Shown here: in pieces, positions 14,360 to 28,200 of the stretch | Position numbering within the stretch: the stretch's first letter is position 1 | Layout: the number at the start of each line of letters is the position of its first letter | Origin: Phoronis australis | Lineage: Eukaryota > Animalia > Phoronida | Length of the DNA: 64,000 nucleotides | Direction: 5' to 3' | Assembly (NCBI GenBank): GCA_002633005.1 | Contig: NMRA01000078.1 | Span: 319,868 to 383,867 of the forward strand | Position numbers and translations under genes: made by a program | Notes under the pieces: model-generated | The model's input: only the letters and a program-made list of their open reading frames with translations | Database searches by the model: none | What the model was told of the DNA's origin: nothing

Positions 14360-15709
14360 GTTAGTCTCTTGTTGTTGTGCCTTGTTGTTGTTATTACTGT
14401 TGCCCCCAGGTTGGAGTCCTGCACTGAATCAAAATACACCACAGTTATGCAATAGTTGAGCTCATTGACAGCTGTTGTTCACACCCAGATGCTGTAGTTC
14501 TGCACCCTTCAGTAGAAATGTATTTGAATGTGACCATGAATACATTTGTGACAGATGTTTGTTGATATGTATTAATCCATATGCACCACTGTATTGAAAG
14601 GTGAACATCCTCAACTTAAAATGGGAATAAAACTATAGGCACATCCATAGGTTAATATTAAGTGCCCCATATTTGAGTTGTGTGACATGAATACTTAATT
14701 AACCTAGAAAAGTCTGAAATAAGGTGTAAATACAGTTTGTGTTTTTGTTGCTTGTGAAGTCAGATAGATCGATTATTATGAGAACATAGCTTAAAGAAAT
14801 CTAGATGTAAGATGATTGGCTAATCAGTGATTGCTTGTTATTTTGGCTTTCCGGGGTCGCTAGTTCTGAATCACTGTCTATTGGCACAAAAATGCACCAA
14901 AATTCTATTTTTCTTCCGCAAGATTGTTTCATCCTAAAACACGTTTCAGACGAGGAACAGTGTTGGCCGGAAAACTGCGAAATATGTCGGTCAACATCAA
15001 TATTGTGCGTGAGTGATTCAGCACTAAGTGATGTGGATGTTTATGCAGAAAGGGAGGCGAGGGGATGAATGCGTTTAGTGACCAATCAAAAAATGACATG
15101 TCGTTACCCATTCCCGCCTTTCCGTTCAGTTTTGAACTATTTTTTTTTCGACCGTAGCTGTATGAAACGTTCAAGTTGGAAGACATGAATAATAATGTGT
15201 AGAAAATCAAATAGAAATCTGAAATGAAAGAACTGGCTGACAAATATGTGGATAGACAAATCTGTCAGTTGTATGTTGAATGGTGCTTGGTAGTTGTTTA
15301 ACACCTGAACAGGTTGTGTGAAGCAAATGCAAATTTTAATTGCTTGTGTGCTTTAATCCTGCAGCCTTTGTTGCCTTTGGTTTCGTTTCAATGCTGACAA
15401 GAAAATGGCATATTTGATGCCAGGTTTGAGCAGGCACAAGGAAGTCAACATAAAGCAACTGCTGTCTAGTTCAACACTGATTGACATGACTCAACAAAGT
15501 GGTGTCCAGTTCAAATTATTTTGACATACGATGATTTGTGTGCAAATTTATTGCTTGTCATATGAGGTAGTGGCGATCTGATGGTTGTGTGAATGCAACA
15601 AGCAATGAAATTGTGCAGCTTTTTAGGCAACAATGTCGCTTGCTTGAAATGGGGTTTGTAGCCTGATCAGACAACTTGTTGAACTGGCAGTCATAGTCTA
15701 CGCTGGCAA

Positions 15710-16070
15710 GAAATCTTGAATAGTTCATGTTATGTCTCTGTTGTGTAGTGGACGTATGTGTGTTGGAGCACCTGTGTGCATGCCCTGGTGTGCGTATGCC
15801 CTGGTGTGGTTATGCATGTGCCCTGTTTATGCACGTGTGATGATTTACTTGCGATGATGGCAAGAATACTTGAAATCTTGAATGATGTGCAGTATGTGTC
15901 TGTTGTGTAGTTTGCATATGCATTTGTGTGTTTTTGTAGCTTTGCGTATGCCTGGTTGTGCACGATGAGCTCCCGTGGGCGTGTGTGCATGTGCGTTGTA
16001 TTAACTGTTGTGTAGTGTGCATATGCTCTTGTATGCGTTTGCATGTGCATGTGTTCTGTGTGTGCATGTA
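15710..16070. repeat. TG-rich degenerate simple repeat with an internal about 160-bp duplication
   Basis: GTGTGCAT/GTATGC-rich. GAAATCTTGAA...TCTGTTGTGTAGT occurs at about 15711 and again at about 15872. Confidence 0.7.
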
Positions 16071-17826
16071 AGATGACTTACCAGTGATGATGGTAACGTT
16101 GCGTTACTATTGCACTTATTGAGTTTGCGCATACACTTTCTCAGTCTGGCTCCAGGAAGAATGTGTTTGGTGCCACTAGATATTTTTTGTACCAGCAACG
16201 TGGGCTAGCAGCTGCCATTGTGCATTATGAAGCTGTATTGGTGGGAATTGTCATGCTAAGTACTGTCGTGTTGAAACCAATGTATATTCCACCTGGCTTG
16301 TCCTTCATCTGAGTCATTTTTCAACGAAAAGTACGGAAGGAAAAGTCAGTATTTCGTCTATTGATTTGTATCTTAGTAATATCATTATTCTCGTAGATTT
16401 AGGAACTGATGATGTGGCTACCTTTTAAAATTAATTAATTGGTTTCTAACAACCACTCTGTTACTGATTCAGCCCTTTGCTTTAATGCATATAGTAAATT
16501 CTTGCCAATTAAAGACACAATATGGCTGACAATTGAAATGTTTGTTTTATCATTTTTCCATGAAACGTATGCAAATTAAATGCTGTTCCCGCGATCAAGT
16601 TTTGTGGCAGCTACCATCAGGCAAATTTAATGGCTATCTTTGGTCCTCGAGAGCACAAGTGCATCGCAGTAAATAGGTGGACTTAACTGTGGACTTAGCA
16701 GCGTCGAGTCGATGCTTCGATGTGGAATGAACAGTTAAGTTTAGTGTCATCGAGGTTATCACCAGGTGTCACTTTCAATAACGACACATGTTGTGGTATT
16801 ATTATGATACTATTCGTTCAAATAGTCCCCATTTCAATACTGTAAGCACTTCATTTCATTTAATATAGGACCACATGTAGGATACTTCAAAGTTTAGAGA
16901 AAACTATGCCTCCTACGGAGTGCCACCTTGAGATAACTTTGATGAGCCACACATCAATTTTCGTAAGTGTCTGCTAACTACCAAAGCTGATCTGGAAGAT
17001 TCTACTAACTTCACAGTTGATGTCGACACTCCTTTTGTACCCAAATTAAGTTGGTATGACATGCCCCCCTCATTGCTGGAGTGGAGTGTTGTATTATTAA
17101 ACATACAACATGACAAAGTATTGTTTCAACTGTCAAGACAGATTAAAATTCATTGTTTAGTGGCTTGTTTCATTTGAAGGTGCTACGCTATCTATCTTCG
17201 GCTGGTCGTAATAAGCCAGACAAGCTGAAAGACAACTGCATTCGTTTATGAATAGGCCGCCCGCTTTTTTTTACAGGGACTCATTGATTTCCACACAAAT
17301 GAATGTTAATAAATTCTCATCTGTATTAATATGTAGACTGATCACACCTCATTTGTTATAACTGGTTGTTGGTGATAAGGCATGATGAGAGATTGTTGGT
17401 TATCTGCCAGTAAAGGAGTCCAGCTGTGCTGAGAACCATATGTGGGTCAGCTGCTCAACAGGGGCTCCCTGCCAGCAGGGGCACCCTGATGTGAGCAGGG
17501 TCTGCGTCTAGGTCAATACAAGGGCCTGCTTAACAAACAGCGTTTATTTTTAATAGGTTATGCTGAGAAAATAGTGGTCATGATTCAGCATCATGTGTTG
17601 GAGAGTGAGGCCTTAGTTAATGCCTAAGTACCAGTCTTGTGGTGTATTAACTAGAATTGAAAACATTTCAATACAAGACTAATATTGACTTGAGGTCTCT
17701 GTTACATAACAAGTGAGGTAAGACTGACTGGTAAGTTAGAAATTTAGTCTTAGGCTTCCTTTCTTCTTATGCCTCACAAAACTATTTACAATACACAGCG
17801 AGATAAAGTCTCACAGAGTATATTCA

Positions 17827-18432
17827 CACAAAATTAGTGCTAAATAGCACATACCACAAATCAGTGCTACATAGCACATACCACTAATCAGTACTACATA
17901 GCACATACCACAAATTAGTGCTACATAGCACATACCACATATTAGTGCTACATAGCACATATCACAAATTAGTGCTACTTAGCTCATACCACAAATTAGT
18001 GCTACATAGTATATACCACAAATTAGTGTTACATAGCACATACCACAAATTAGTGCTACATAGCACATACCACAAATTAGTGCTACATAGCACATACCAC
18101 AAATCAGTGCTACATAGCACATACCACAAATCAGTGCTACATAGCACATACCACAAATTAGTGCTACATAGCACATACCACAAATTAGTGCTACATAGCA
18201 CATACCACAAATTTGTGCTACATAGCACATACTACAAATCAGTGCTACATAGCACATGCCACAAATTAGGGCTACATAGCACATACTACAAATAAGTGCT
18301 ACATACATATACCACAAATTAGTGCTACATTGTACATACCACAAATCAGTGCTTCATAGCATATACCACAAATTAGTGCTACATAGCACATACCACAAAT
18401 TTAGTGCTTCATAGCACATACCACAAATTACT
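17827..18432. repeat. 27-bp minisatellite (CCACAAATTAGTGCTACATAGCACATA), about 22 copies
   Basis: Units read directly. This array generates the repetitive ORFs 17918..18295, 17962..18228 and 17979..18344. Confidence 0.97.
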
Positions 18433-19225
18433 ACTAAGCTGTGATGTGCTAATTATTGCCTTACAAAAACTTTTTTTCATTTATTTCAGTGATTGCACAA
18501 TGAATCCTAAGCCAGTCCCCATTATCTGTGAACATAATTCCCTGGGCAGGTATTATCAAAACCCCATTCTCACCTGACTATATGTACTATGTATGGTTCA
18601 CACACAACCATGAACGATGGCTGTAGAACATGAAGCCTTTTCAGACTGACTGAGACAATGCTATGCCTACATAAATTTTTCTTTATGAAGAGTCGTGCAT
18701 ATGTTTGGATAATAAAAGAAACAAAGTGCTTCAACGGTCAACATTTGAATAAAATAGTATCAATTTACAGTGACAACTCCTGATAACTTCAATGACACCG
18801 AAGTTAACTTTTCGCACAAAATTGAAGTGTCAACTGTCGGCTGTAAAATCGGCTATAGTCTGACTTGCAGGGGTCTCCAATTTTGAGCACTAGTTATTCA
18901 GCGGAGAAAAAAGGCTCTGAAAATCCAGAGGCCCTTGTAATTGATCATTTATCTTTACATCAACCAGTGCAGTTAAATCTTTGAATTGCTATTTCCACTT
19001 CCATCCCCTATGAAATGTACCTTTCACACTGACTGACATTACCCAAATACATAATGATGCATGGACTACTGCTGACCAATGAGCTATACCAGGAGTATAG
19101 CTCATTGTGCTGACATATGCTTTAGGGAGGATTATGAAACTTGCAACACAATAGGCTTAATGTGAAGTAGCCATACTTTTCATGTACATTCAAACACACT
19201 CAGGGCCAGAGTCCTCTAAAGCTTC

Positions 19226-19480
19226 AGCAGAGCCTAATGATTTAGAAAAACGAGGAACTTCATCTTGTTAACACTTTAGCAGAGCCTTGATTTCGAAAAA
19301 CATTAGGAACTTCATCGTGTAAATGCTTTAGCAGAGCCTTCATTTCGAAAAACAAGGAACTTCATCGTGTAAACGCTTAAGCAGAGCCTTGATTTCAAAA
19401 AACAAGGAACTTCATCATGTAAACGCTTTAGCAGAGCCTTGATTTAGAAAAACAAGGAACTTCATCGTGTAAATGCTTTG
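19226..19480. repeat. About 50-bp tandem repeat x5
   Basis: AGCAGAGCCTTGATTTCGAAAAACAAGGAACTTCATCGTGTAAACGCTTT-like units start at about 19226, 19278, 19330, 19380 and 19430. Confidence 0.93.
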
Positions 19481-19930
19481 AACAAGAATGTTACGAAGGT
19501 TTATACTCTGCAACTGACAGTTTTTGGAATTTGCAACAATGGAGTTGTGCAGTAGCAATGTTGCTTCGGAAAAATGGGAAAATGATGATTATTGGCAATT
19601 GTTTGTGTACAAACTTGCAAAAATGTTTACCATAACATTAGTCAGTTTATTCTCGGGATTGAGAAATTTGTCCAAACTTTTGGCGAATCGTGGTTTAAGA
19701 CGTAAAACACTGAATCACGCTCCCATTTCACAATAGCTGAATTGAGGCTTAGTCAGATAATTATGAGCGCATCGCAGTCTAGACATAATTTACAAAAATT
19801 ATGACCAGTAAGTAGCAGTTAATGTGCTCAGACTTCAGAAATTTACATAATTTCATTTCAAGTGCGTTACCTAACGGTGCAGCAATGACATTTGTGCTTA
19901 ATAAATAAAGAACAAATCTCCAACACCTAA

Positions 19931-20434
19931 AGATCCTTTTCATACTGACTTAACTCCGGTCTGAGCGGAGCGCCGACGTAAACTGCGAAGTTTAATTAAA
20001 CCGTTCATACTGGGTTTGGTAGTTAACGGACTTCGAAGTAAACAGTTGGTGACTGTTATCATTGAAGTAATCGCAAGGTAGCGCTGCACGCTAATCTTTT
20101 TAAGAAGACAATTTGGTAATATTTACATGTGCTAATTGACAAAAAAATTATTTTTAATTCAAATGGTGATTACTAGAGCAAAATATTAGTAACTATTAGC
20201 GACGGCACTACCCTGTAATTGTTGACGATAACAGTGGCACTTGGCAATAACTTCGATGGGATCGAAGTTGACCGTTATACTGCACCGCAGCGTCGACGCT
20301 TCGTTCTTTAAATCCACCTGTTTACTGCGAAATTAACTGGCGCCGTTAACTTCGATCCTGGACCAAAGTTAAGCATTCATATTGACCACAACTCCCCAAA
20401 ACATCGACACGTCGACGTCAGTATGAAAGGCCCT
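19931..20434. mobile_element. PIF/Harbinger-type MITE with TAA target-site duplication
   Basis: taa|AGATCCTTTTCATACTGAC ... GTCAGTATGAAAGGCCCT|taa. The interior (20230-20330) is related in reverse orientation to about 16665-16780. Confidence 0.75.
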
Positions 20435-21422
20435 TAAGATTGAATATTTGTAGAGCTTTTATACTTGTTAAGTGGTGATTGTTGAGAACTTCATCAACTT
20501 TGCAGGCCAGGGATGCTGTAACCTTCGAGTCTGTCATTGCTGTTATTGAAAAATACTCAAATTTGCAATTAAAACTTCAAGAAACATTATAATCTCAGTC
20601 ACATTTACAGGGCCTGTTTTGTTCTAATCATCAATAATTCTTTGTAATCTTTCTAATTCTTTCCTCCGACAGACATCTGCTGAAGTCTCACATAGGTTTT
20701 TTTCAGATCTTATCACCTCCATATATCTGTGCTAACTAGTCTCTGATTACGTTATCACTCTAACTGGAGAGCTCTCTAGCACAGGTCTGTTAGCACTCTC
20801 TCAGTGGAAGTAAGGTACAGTGCATTTGTGTATCCAGGTATGTCAGTGCAGTCTGGGGTAGCTAAATACACCCTTAATTGTCAGATGCTATTCAGATCTT
20901 CTGGCCTTTATTTGTTGTGTATTGTGGCTCTCTTTAAGGGACAACAACTGATCACAGTTTGTCAGTGCTAACAGAATGTTTAGAGGCCACCTCATAGGAG
21001 AAATGGACCAGCTCAGCTGTATGTCTGTCCTAATTTAGCTGGTACACAGCTAGGCAAAATGTTCACTCATCTGTAAACTAAAGCAGCACCTAGTGATCCC
21101 ATTGTTTTGTCTGTTCACATCCTTCAAGTTGTATTGGTCTCATTTCAAACATAGCAAGGTATTGGTCTGGCTTATGTTTTTCTTGGCAAAATTACGACAT
21201 GCTTATTATGGGATGTCATCTTTTCTCCCAAAATTGTGGTGTAGCACCTGTCTGCTATGATCAACCAGGATTTTTTTCGGTTAATATATTAAATCGTATG
21301 GTCTTCAGTAATTACGCTATCGTGGTTTGTGCTAGACAGATGTGGTCAAACAATATTTGTCAAAAAAGTTGAGCACTTTTTCAGCCAAGTTGCAACAAAT
21401 CGTTGAAAAGTGGAAACGTGGC

Positions 21423-21960
21423 AATAGGGGACTTTTCATATTGGTGCTCTCTAGTGTATTGAGAGCATGAACGTGACTGATGCATCATGACTCACGTTTG
21501 GTGGACAGAAATCCAATTACTACATAGTGGTTCACAAATATTAAAGCAGAGGAATGAATTCCACTGTCAGCGCCTCCTATTGTTTGATTAGTTAAAGTTC
21601 ACTAATTTGTTTTAGATTTTTGACACCGGCCATCGAAATTCTTCCGATTTATCAGTGGCAACGACTGCATTGTCGCGGCTCCATCTTCACAGTGGGAAAT
21701 GCATGGAGCAGGACATTCCTGCTCATCAATTGATATTTCAAAGGGTTGGTCTTGTTCTTCAGTCATTGATATATCCCATGGCACAGGAGTGGAAATGTGC
21801 TGACATTATAATAGCAGGAAAGGTGTTAATACGCTGTAGGCTGAAACCTCCCGTCTGCATTAAATAGGATCTGTAGGTGGCACTGAACGCTTGTCCAACA
21901 AAGACCAGATCGCCGTCTGGCGGGTTAGTGAATTGAACTGGTGCGGCTATTTCGAAATTC
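21423..21960 (+). repeat. Dispersed repeat, copy 1 (diverged partner at 24417..24950)
   Basis: Both copies begin AATAGGGGACTTTTCATA and share GCAGAGGA, GCAGGAAAGGTGTTAA and GATCGCCGTCTGGCGGGTTAGTGAATT blocks in the same order. Confidence 0.85.
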
Positions 21961-24416
21961 AGCTCTTGTCGCAGTTTTGTCCTGAATTGAACAAATTTCA
22001 CCCTGTGAATGTCTTCTGATTGGACTGCACTTTTTCCTAGTGCACCGTGGAACTTTGTCGCGCTACGTTGAACCAGTACCCAAACCCACGTTCTACTTGA
22101 GGAGCGAACTTTTGAGTATAGACCAATTACTGCTATAAAATTGGTTTCATCTTGTTCCTTACGCGGATGAGAATTGATTTCTTGCAAAGATCTGACAGGT
22201 CGTTGTTCATTGAGAAAATGCTTGCCGCATAAAATGACAAGCCTTAAATTAGCCAACTTATAGGGTCTGGTGTTGTGCAATAATGATCTGTTGCTGTTTT
22301 GATGCCCTTCAATCCCATTTGATTGACTAAGAGACAATTTAGACCAACTAATGGCCTACTAATCAAAAGTGGTTTTTGAACTGGAAGGAGGGTTTGTTTT
22401 GACTTAAATAATGCATTTGCATGCTCCTAACTGTACTAACAGGAACTAAACAACAATGCTATTTTAACATATGGCAGGGACTAAACAACAATGCTATTTT
22501 AACATAATCTACGCTAGTCAAAGCTCAGTTGTTTTCATTGACAATTTGTAAATGTGAAAACAAAAAATCCCCAAATACTGGAATTTTGCACTAGTGACGT
22601 ACCTCGCGGGCTCGCATAGCTGCGCATCAAGCGATGTTATTCTCCAGCACCATGTCACGATACTTACTGAACTGTTTCGGTGATTTGCAGCGTATTATTT
22701 TCACCACCAAACTTGTGCTTAAAAACGTTTGGCAATTTTCAACTTAACATTCACATCGTGGCGATATGTAACAGTTGTGTTTCTAACTAATTTGTCCAAG
22801 CAGTCACAGAGATAAGGAATTAGTCTGCAACTTCCACTTTAAGCAATTTAAACAACTTTTAATTGATGATCAAACAATTTTCTTCGTAACTACCAGCAGT
22901 TACCTTGACAGTCTCATTGTATTATTATTATAATGAAAACTGTTCGGAAAAAAATCAGTGATTTTTTATGGCTAGTTGCGAATCGAACAGAGATAATTAA
23001 TTCACACACAAACTGTGTAATTATACAGCTTGTTAAAAGGATACAAGATCCGGTTTTGGCCTATTAAGTTATTAACAACGACTTTCCTGTCGAGTTTTCT
23101 GAAACAAAATAATGTTCTGTAACCCTTGTCAACCCTCAAATGTTTGGAGCAAATTTTGAAAACTTACAAAATCAGCTAATCCCACAAGTGTGACCTATGC
23201 TTTTGGTGAGTCACGCAGGAGCGAACGACCACCCACTGAGAACCGTAACATATATTTTATGACACTGAACATATAAATGTTTTTGGTTGAATCGTGCTTC
23301 ATCACTCAAGTGAGACGCCAATGGTGCATTCGCAGGTGACAGAACGAGTATTGGACTGAAGTCACGAAAACAGTTTTATTAGTGTCCTTTCAATGTTTTT
23401 TATGCAGACATAACTGTGCTCTCAAATGATACAGACGATAGAGTTCTCAAATGATGAGTCAGACAGTTGATAAAAGAGGGGCACTTTATGAAACACCTGT
23501 TAGGTTTAGGATGTTAACCTGTGTGTCAAGTAGTGATACTATGCTTGAGAAAGGTGAAGTACTTATAGTGAAATCTGTCCAATTTTGTTCTAAAATAATT
23601 GCTAAATCTGTTTCTTTTTTCATTTTCAAACGTCTTTAATGTTGTTGTGAATGCCCACCATGTTTTAAAATATTGGCCCGGGACTAAATTTTTGGTGTAA
23701 ACTACTTGTTTTTTATGGAAATGGAACAAAATTTCATTTGCCTGCTGTATTACGACCTATATTGGTGACGTGTTATCATAGACAATGTACAATACAACTT
23801 ACGGTTGTAAAAGAGTCGCAAATCATTATGGTTAAGAAATGTGACGCAATATGATTCTCTTTTTCTCCTATACCCGTTTACTGTATGGGTGAAGAATTGA
23901 AATATCTGGATGCAGCATCACTTCGTAGAAACTCGGATTCATTCCTTGTCTTAACTCGAGATCCTCATTTACTCGTTTCTTCATGATATCATTGTCAACC
24001 CCTGGGCTCGCCCGGGAGGTAGTCCTGATCTTGTAATATATTGGTAAGCATGTGTAGCTGCCTGTGGGTGATTTTAAATTGGTAAATAGACTAAATTTAG
24101 TGTGAGTTACCTGCGGGTGGTGTGTCCTCCATTTTGAAGGAAGGTGACTTGGGTAGTCTCCCTGTTAGGTGAGCTCACTGAGTGTGTGAAGTATTGTACC
24201 TGGGTGCAGTACACTGAACTATTCCAGTGTCCCTGAGTTTGTGGTGGCACTAGTTCTTGTTGTGTAAACAAGGGCAGCGGTCTACAGGGATTTTGAATTG
24301 GTAATAGCCTGCTTAAATGTTAAATAGTTAAGTGCTTAAATGCACAAACTTAAGTTATAATGTTGGTTAACTGTGGGTGTTCTCAGTGATCTCAACTTTA
24401 GAGGAAGATATTACTA

Positions 24417-24950
24417 ATAGGGGACTTTTCATACTGATGCTGTGATTGCTCTCTAGAGTAATGGGAGCACAAAAAGTGACTTCCTGTTGATACCGACTCT
24501 GATTTGGTGGACAGAAATTCATTTACTACGTAATGGCTCATTAATTTAAAAGCAGAGGAGTAAATCCCACTGTCACCCCCTGCCTTTGTTATATTTGTTC
24601 AGTAATTTATTTTAGCTTTTTGGCATTGGCTGGGATCGAAATTCTCTTGATTTATCTGCCACAGCCACTGGGTTTGTTGCAGATATGTCTTCGTAGTTGG
24701 AAATGTATGGAAGATGATGTCCTTGTTTATTTATGATATTTCAAAAGGTTTGCCTTTTTGTCGTAAACCATGAATATCCCACCACCCAGCAGTGGAAATT
24801 TGCTGGCATTATAATTGCAGGAAAGGTGTTAAAACGCTTTGATACCATTTAAGTTGAAACCTCTCGTCCGTATTATATGGCATCTGTAGGTGGCATTGAA
24901 CGCTTCTCCACCAAAGATCTGATCGCCGTCTGGCGGGTTAGTGAATTTCA
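24417..24950 (+). repeat. Dispersed repeat, copy 2
   Basis: Colinear with 21423..21960. Confidence 0.85.
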
Positions 24951-25015
24951 ATGTGGCTTGGGTTTTTCTAAAGTCAGCTATTGGATAGTCTCTCAGTGTC
25001 TTCATGTATGACTTT

Positions 25016-25262
25016 CATGCGCGCACCCAGGTGGGGCTCGGGAGGCTCGTTCGAGCCCCCATTTGACGAACTTGACTAGAAGGTCCGACTCAGAGAAACA
25101 AAAAGTCCAAGAAAACGAGACAAATGTCCACAGAAATTTGCCACAAATGCACAATTCATAGATCTGATCATAGTACCCCGTTTTTAGTCCCGGTTTTTTC
25201 AGTAAAAGGTTCATATATTGAAAAATTTGAGCCCCCCATATTTTAGGGTGGGTGCGCGCCTG
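25016..25262. mobile_element. hAT-like MITE
   Basis: TIRs CATGCGCGCACCCA and TGGGTGCGCGCCTG (13/14), with subterminal GAGCCCCC motifs. Confidence 0.7.
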
Positions 25263-28200
25263 CTTGTGTCTCTTCATTACCAAGTCGAGCATTCAACAAG
25301 AATTGTGATGTATGATAAATTATTTTTGAACAAAAACAATTCTCGCCTTCAGCACTATCATCACTCTTCTGAGCTGTGAAGTACGAAATACCGGCACTGC
25401 TCCAGATACGGCACGCAGGTCAGCAGCCCCACTTCCGCTCCTATGGACATTCAGATGTTAGCATCTGTCATCTGAATTGTTCATTATTTTGTATCATATT
25501 TGAGTCACGTCGGGAAAGTATTACTGCTGTGCCATGGGCTGCAGTGGCGATTCAAGGAAGTGGGATAAACTGGATAAATATCCATGGAATTTGCGGGATG
25601 TCGCATTTCATCCTTTTCCGACGGTTCTAAAGGACAAAAGACGTGGAAATGTGCCATTTGTGTGCACTGCATCACCGCTGTACAACACGGCCAAGAAGAG
25701 TGGTACTCAGCGGGAGTGTGGAATATGCGAATTGCTTGAACTGCTTTCTTCATTTTTCGAGGATGTTAACGTTAATGCGCCATATTGTGTCCTAATATTT
25801 AACCGTACTAGAATGTCCAGTTTTAGCGGAGAAACCCAGTTATATCAGTTCTCGTTATTATTCTTTGTTGCAGTCAATAGAAGAATGACTTGCTAATCTA
25901 AACTACTGTCTTGATAACAACGGTGTCCTTATGTTCCATTCAGTCACGTTACTTGCAGAGTCTCTCTATGTGCGATGGTAGAGCTCTAATTAAGTTCTCG
26001 TGCCCTGTTTCCCCGCAGTAAAGTTGTTTTGTACTTGATCTCCTTTACGGTAAAAATTGTTCAGTTTGTGATTGAAAAATTGATTATTTTGCTCAAGGTT
26101 AGGACTTGTACCAAATTTTAGAAATAGGCAATATTGGCCGTCACAAATCCAAGAATTACGATCAACGACAAGCAATCATTCACCTCAATGTTAAACAATA
26201 TAAGGGCGCATAAAAAGATTACAATTGCAGCTGTTTTTGACAATTTATGAAGTGTCTACTTACGGACTCTGTTGATACAAAATGCTGTGTCTAAGATTTG
26301 GGAAATACAACGAATGCCTAAATCAAACTTGCACCAGTCCCCAGAATTTATAAATTTCAATTTCTGTGTGAATTTCCGTGGATCCCAAACTCTTCTCAAA
26401 CTGGAGAATAGTTACTGTATGTCCTTCACTTGGTAATCCACCATTACTGAATGCTCTTCTCAATATTGATATTCTAACAGTAATATGCAGTAGTATTATT
26501 CTGTTATCAGACAGCTATACAAATGAACTGCTTTAACTTCAATAATTTAGGTTAATGTTGAAACCTTGCCTTCCTGTAACTGTATCAGGCAGCAGCTGTT
26601 CTTCAGCTATTTAGTCTCTTCGCCATGACTTACAAAAATCAATCTGTTAGCACTTGTTGACTTCGGTGCAATACGATCTAATCATGCTAATTTTCAACCA
26701 ATTTTGTTACCAAAAATTCATATTTTGCCGTTTTCCATAAGGTGTTGTAAATGCCCCTAAACAACCAGTTACACGAAAGTTGGAAATGAAATCGTGATTA
26801 TAAAACTTTAATTTGGTGCTCCTAATATCTTGAACAGAACAAATGAGAAGATGAGAGTTGTGATGTCCACCATATTGTGTCCTAAATTGGTGAGGTTTGG
26901 CTCTACGGTATTTTAAGGTGATATATTGCAATGGAAAAAGTAGTATTTTCCCACATATAACTGACCATTTAAGTGGAACTTGCAGGCTAATTCCTTATCT
27001 CTGCGATTGCTTGGCCAAAGTAGTTAGAAACTCAACATGTAGCGATGATGTGCATATGAATTAGGTCAAACATAGCCATATGTTTTTAAGAATGAGTTTT
27101 ATGGCGAAAATGATCTGTTGCAAGTCACAGATTCCGTGCCCAGTAAGTATCCTGACACAATGCTGCATGATGCAAGCTATATATGAGCCAGCGAGGTACG
27201 GCATTAGCGCAAAGGTTACCTTATTTGCAGAATCTTTTGTTTTCATATTTGCAAGTTGTCAATGAATACAGCTGTACTTTGTTTAGCATAGTTGATGTTC
27301 AAATGGCATTGCTGTTTAGTTCCCGCTATACTTTAGCATAGTTAAAAGTATGTAAATACATCTTTAAAGCTGTTGTGTAAAAGCTTCTACTGGAAATACA
27401 TTTCAAATTGTTGCTATGTGTGGTAAGGTTGAAAATGACCTTTCTACTACACGCAGCGTACGGGTTTGTATTTCTGCAGGTAGGAGTTTTGCCTTTAACT
27501 TGTCTTGATACCATCATGATGTAGTCACCCCGATACAACTTTTTTTAATAAAATTGTGTTATTTTTATACTGGTGATAATTGGAGCATACATTGTGATAA
27601 TTGGAGCATGCAGACTGTTTCATTAAATGTATGCATCTGGCGCTGTCTTGTATGTCTGATAAGAATTTTAAAGTGGGCCACTACTAGTAAAAACCGACAT
27701 TGATTCATTACTCTTTAGTCACTAAGATACAGCATACGCACATACACACAAGTAGGAACTTAGTGTGCCATGGCGATTGTCACCTTACCACAATTGTGTT
27801 AACATGGTGCCCAATGTTATTCACGCTTTTATGAAATGTATGGCCCTCATACAGTTATCTCTGAATGATTGATATAATTTGACTTTCACTGTTAAATTTG
27901 CCTATATGGGATAGTGTGCAGTATGCGTATGTGCCATGCAGTGTTGGCAGAGTGCCAAGCATGACGGTATTGAAGATTGTGATTCCGTTGGTTAGATGCG
28001 GGTCGGATGACTGGCATTGTTGGAGAACGATGCTGACATCCGTGTATTTAGGTTGCCTCTTTTGTTGTGAAATTTGCCGTGAGTATATATAAGCCTAGCA
28101 TATGAATGGCTCAAGCTAGTATAAGACCTAGATATGTTGGTTGTCAATTTCAGGTTTACCACTTGTAGTTTGAGTGGGCGTTGGGGGGGGGGAGGAGTTG

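Noticed and set aside
14945-14978. Penelope-type hammerhead ribozyme (CAGACGAG...GGAAA)
   Set aside because: The core CUGANGA is mutated and stem II does not pair; at best a dead remnant.
17827-18432. Repeat array as CRISPR or a repetitive protein (LVLHSTYHK)n
   Set aside because: Head-to-tail 27-bp units have no unique spacers and there are no cas genes. The ORFs are by-products of a unit length divisible by 3 inside an intron.
21759-22337. 192-aa minus-strand ORF
   Set aside because: It has a non-ATG start and no recognisable domain, and it overlaps a dispersed repeat.
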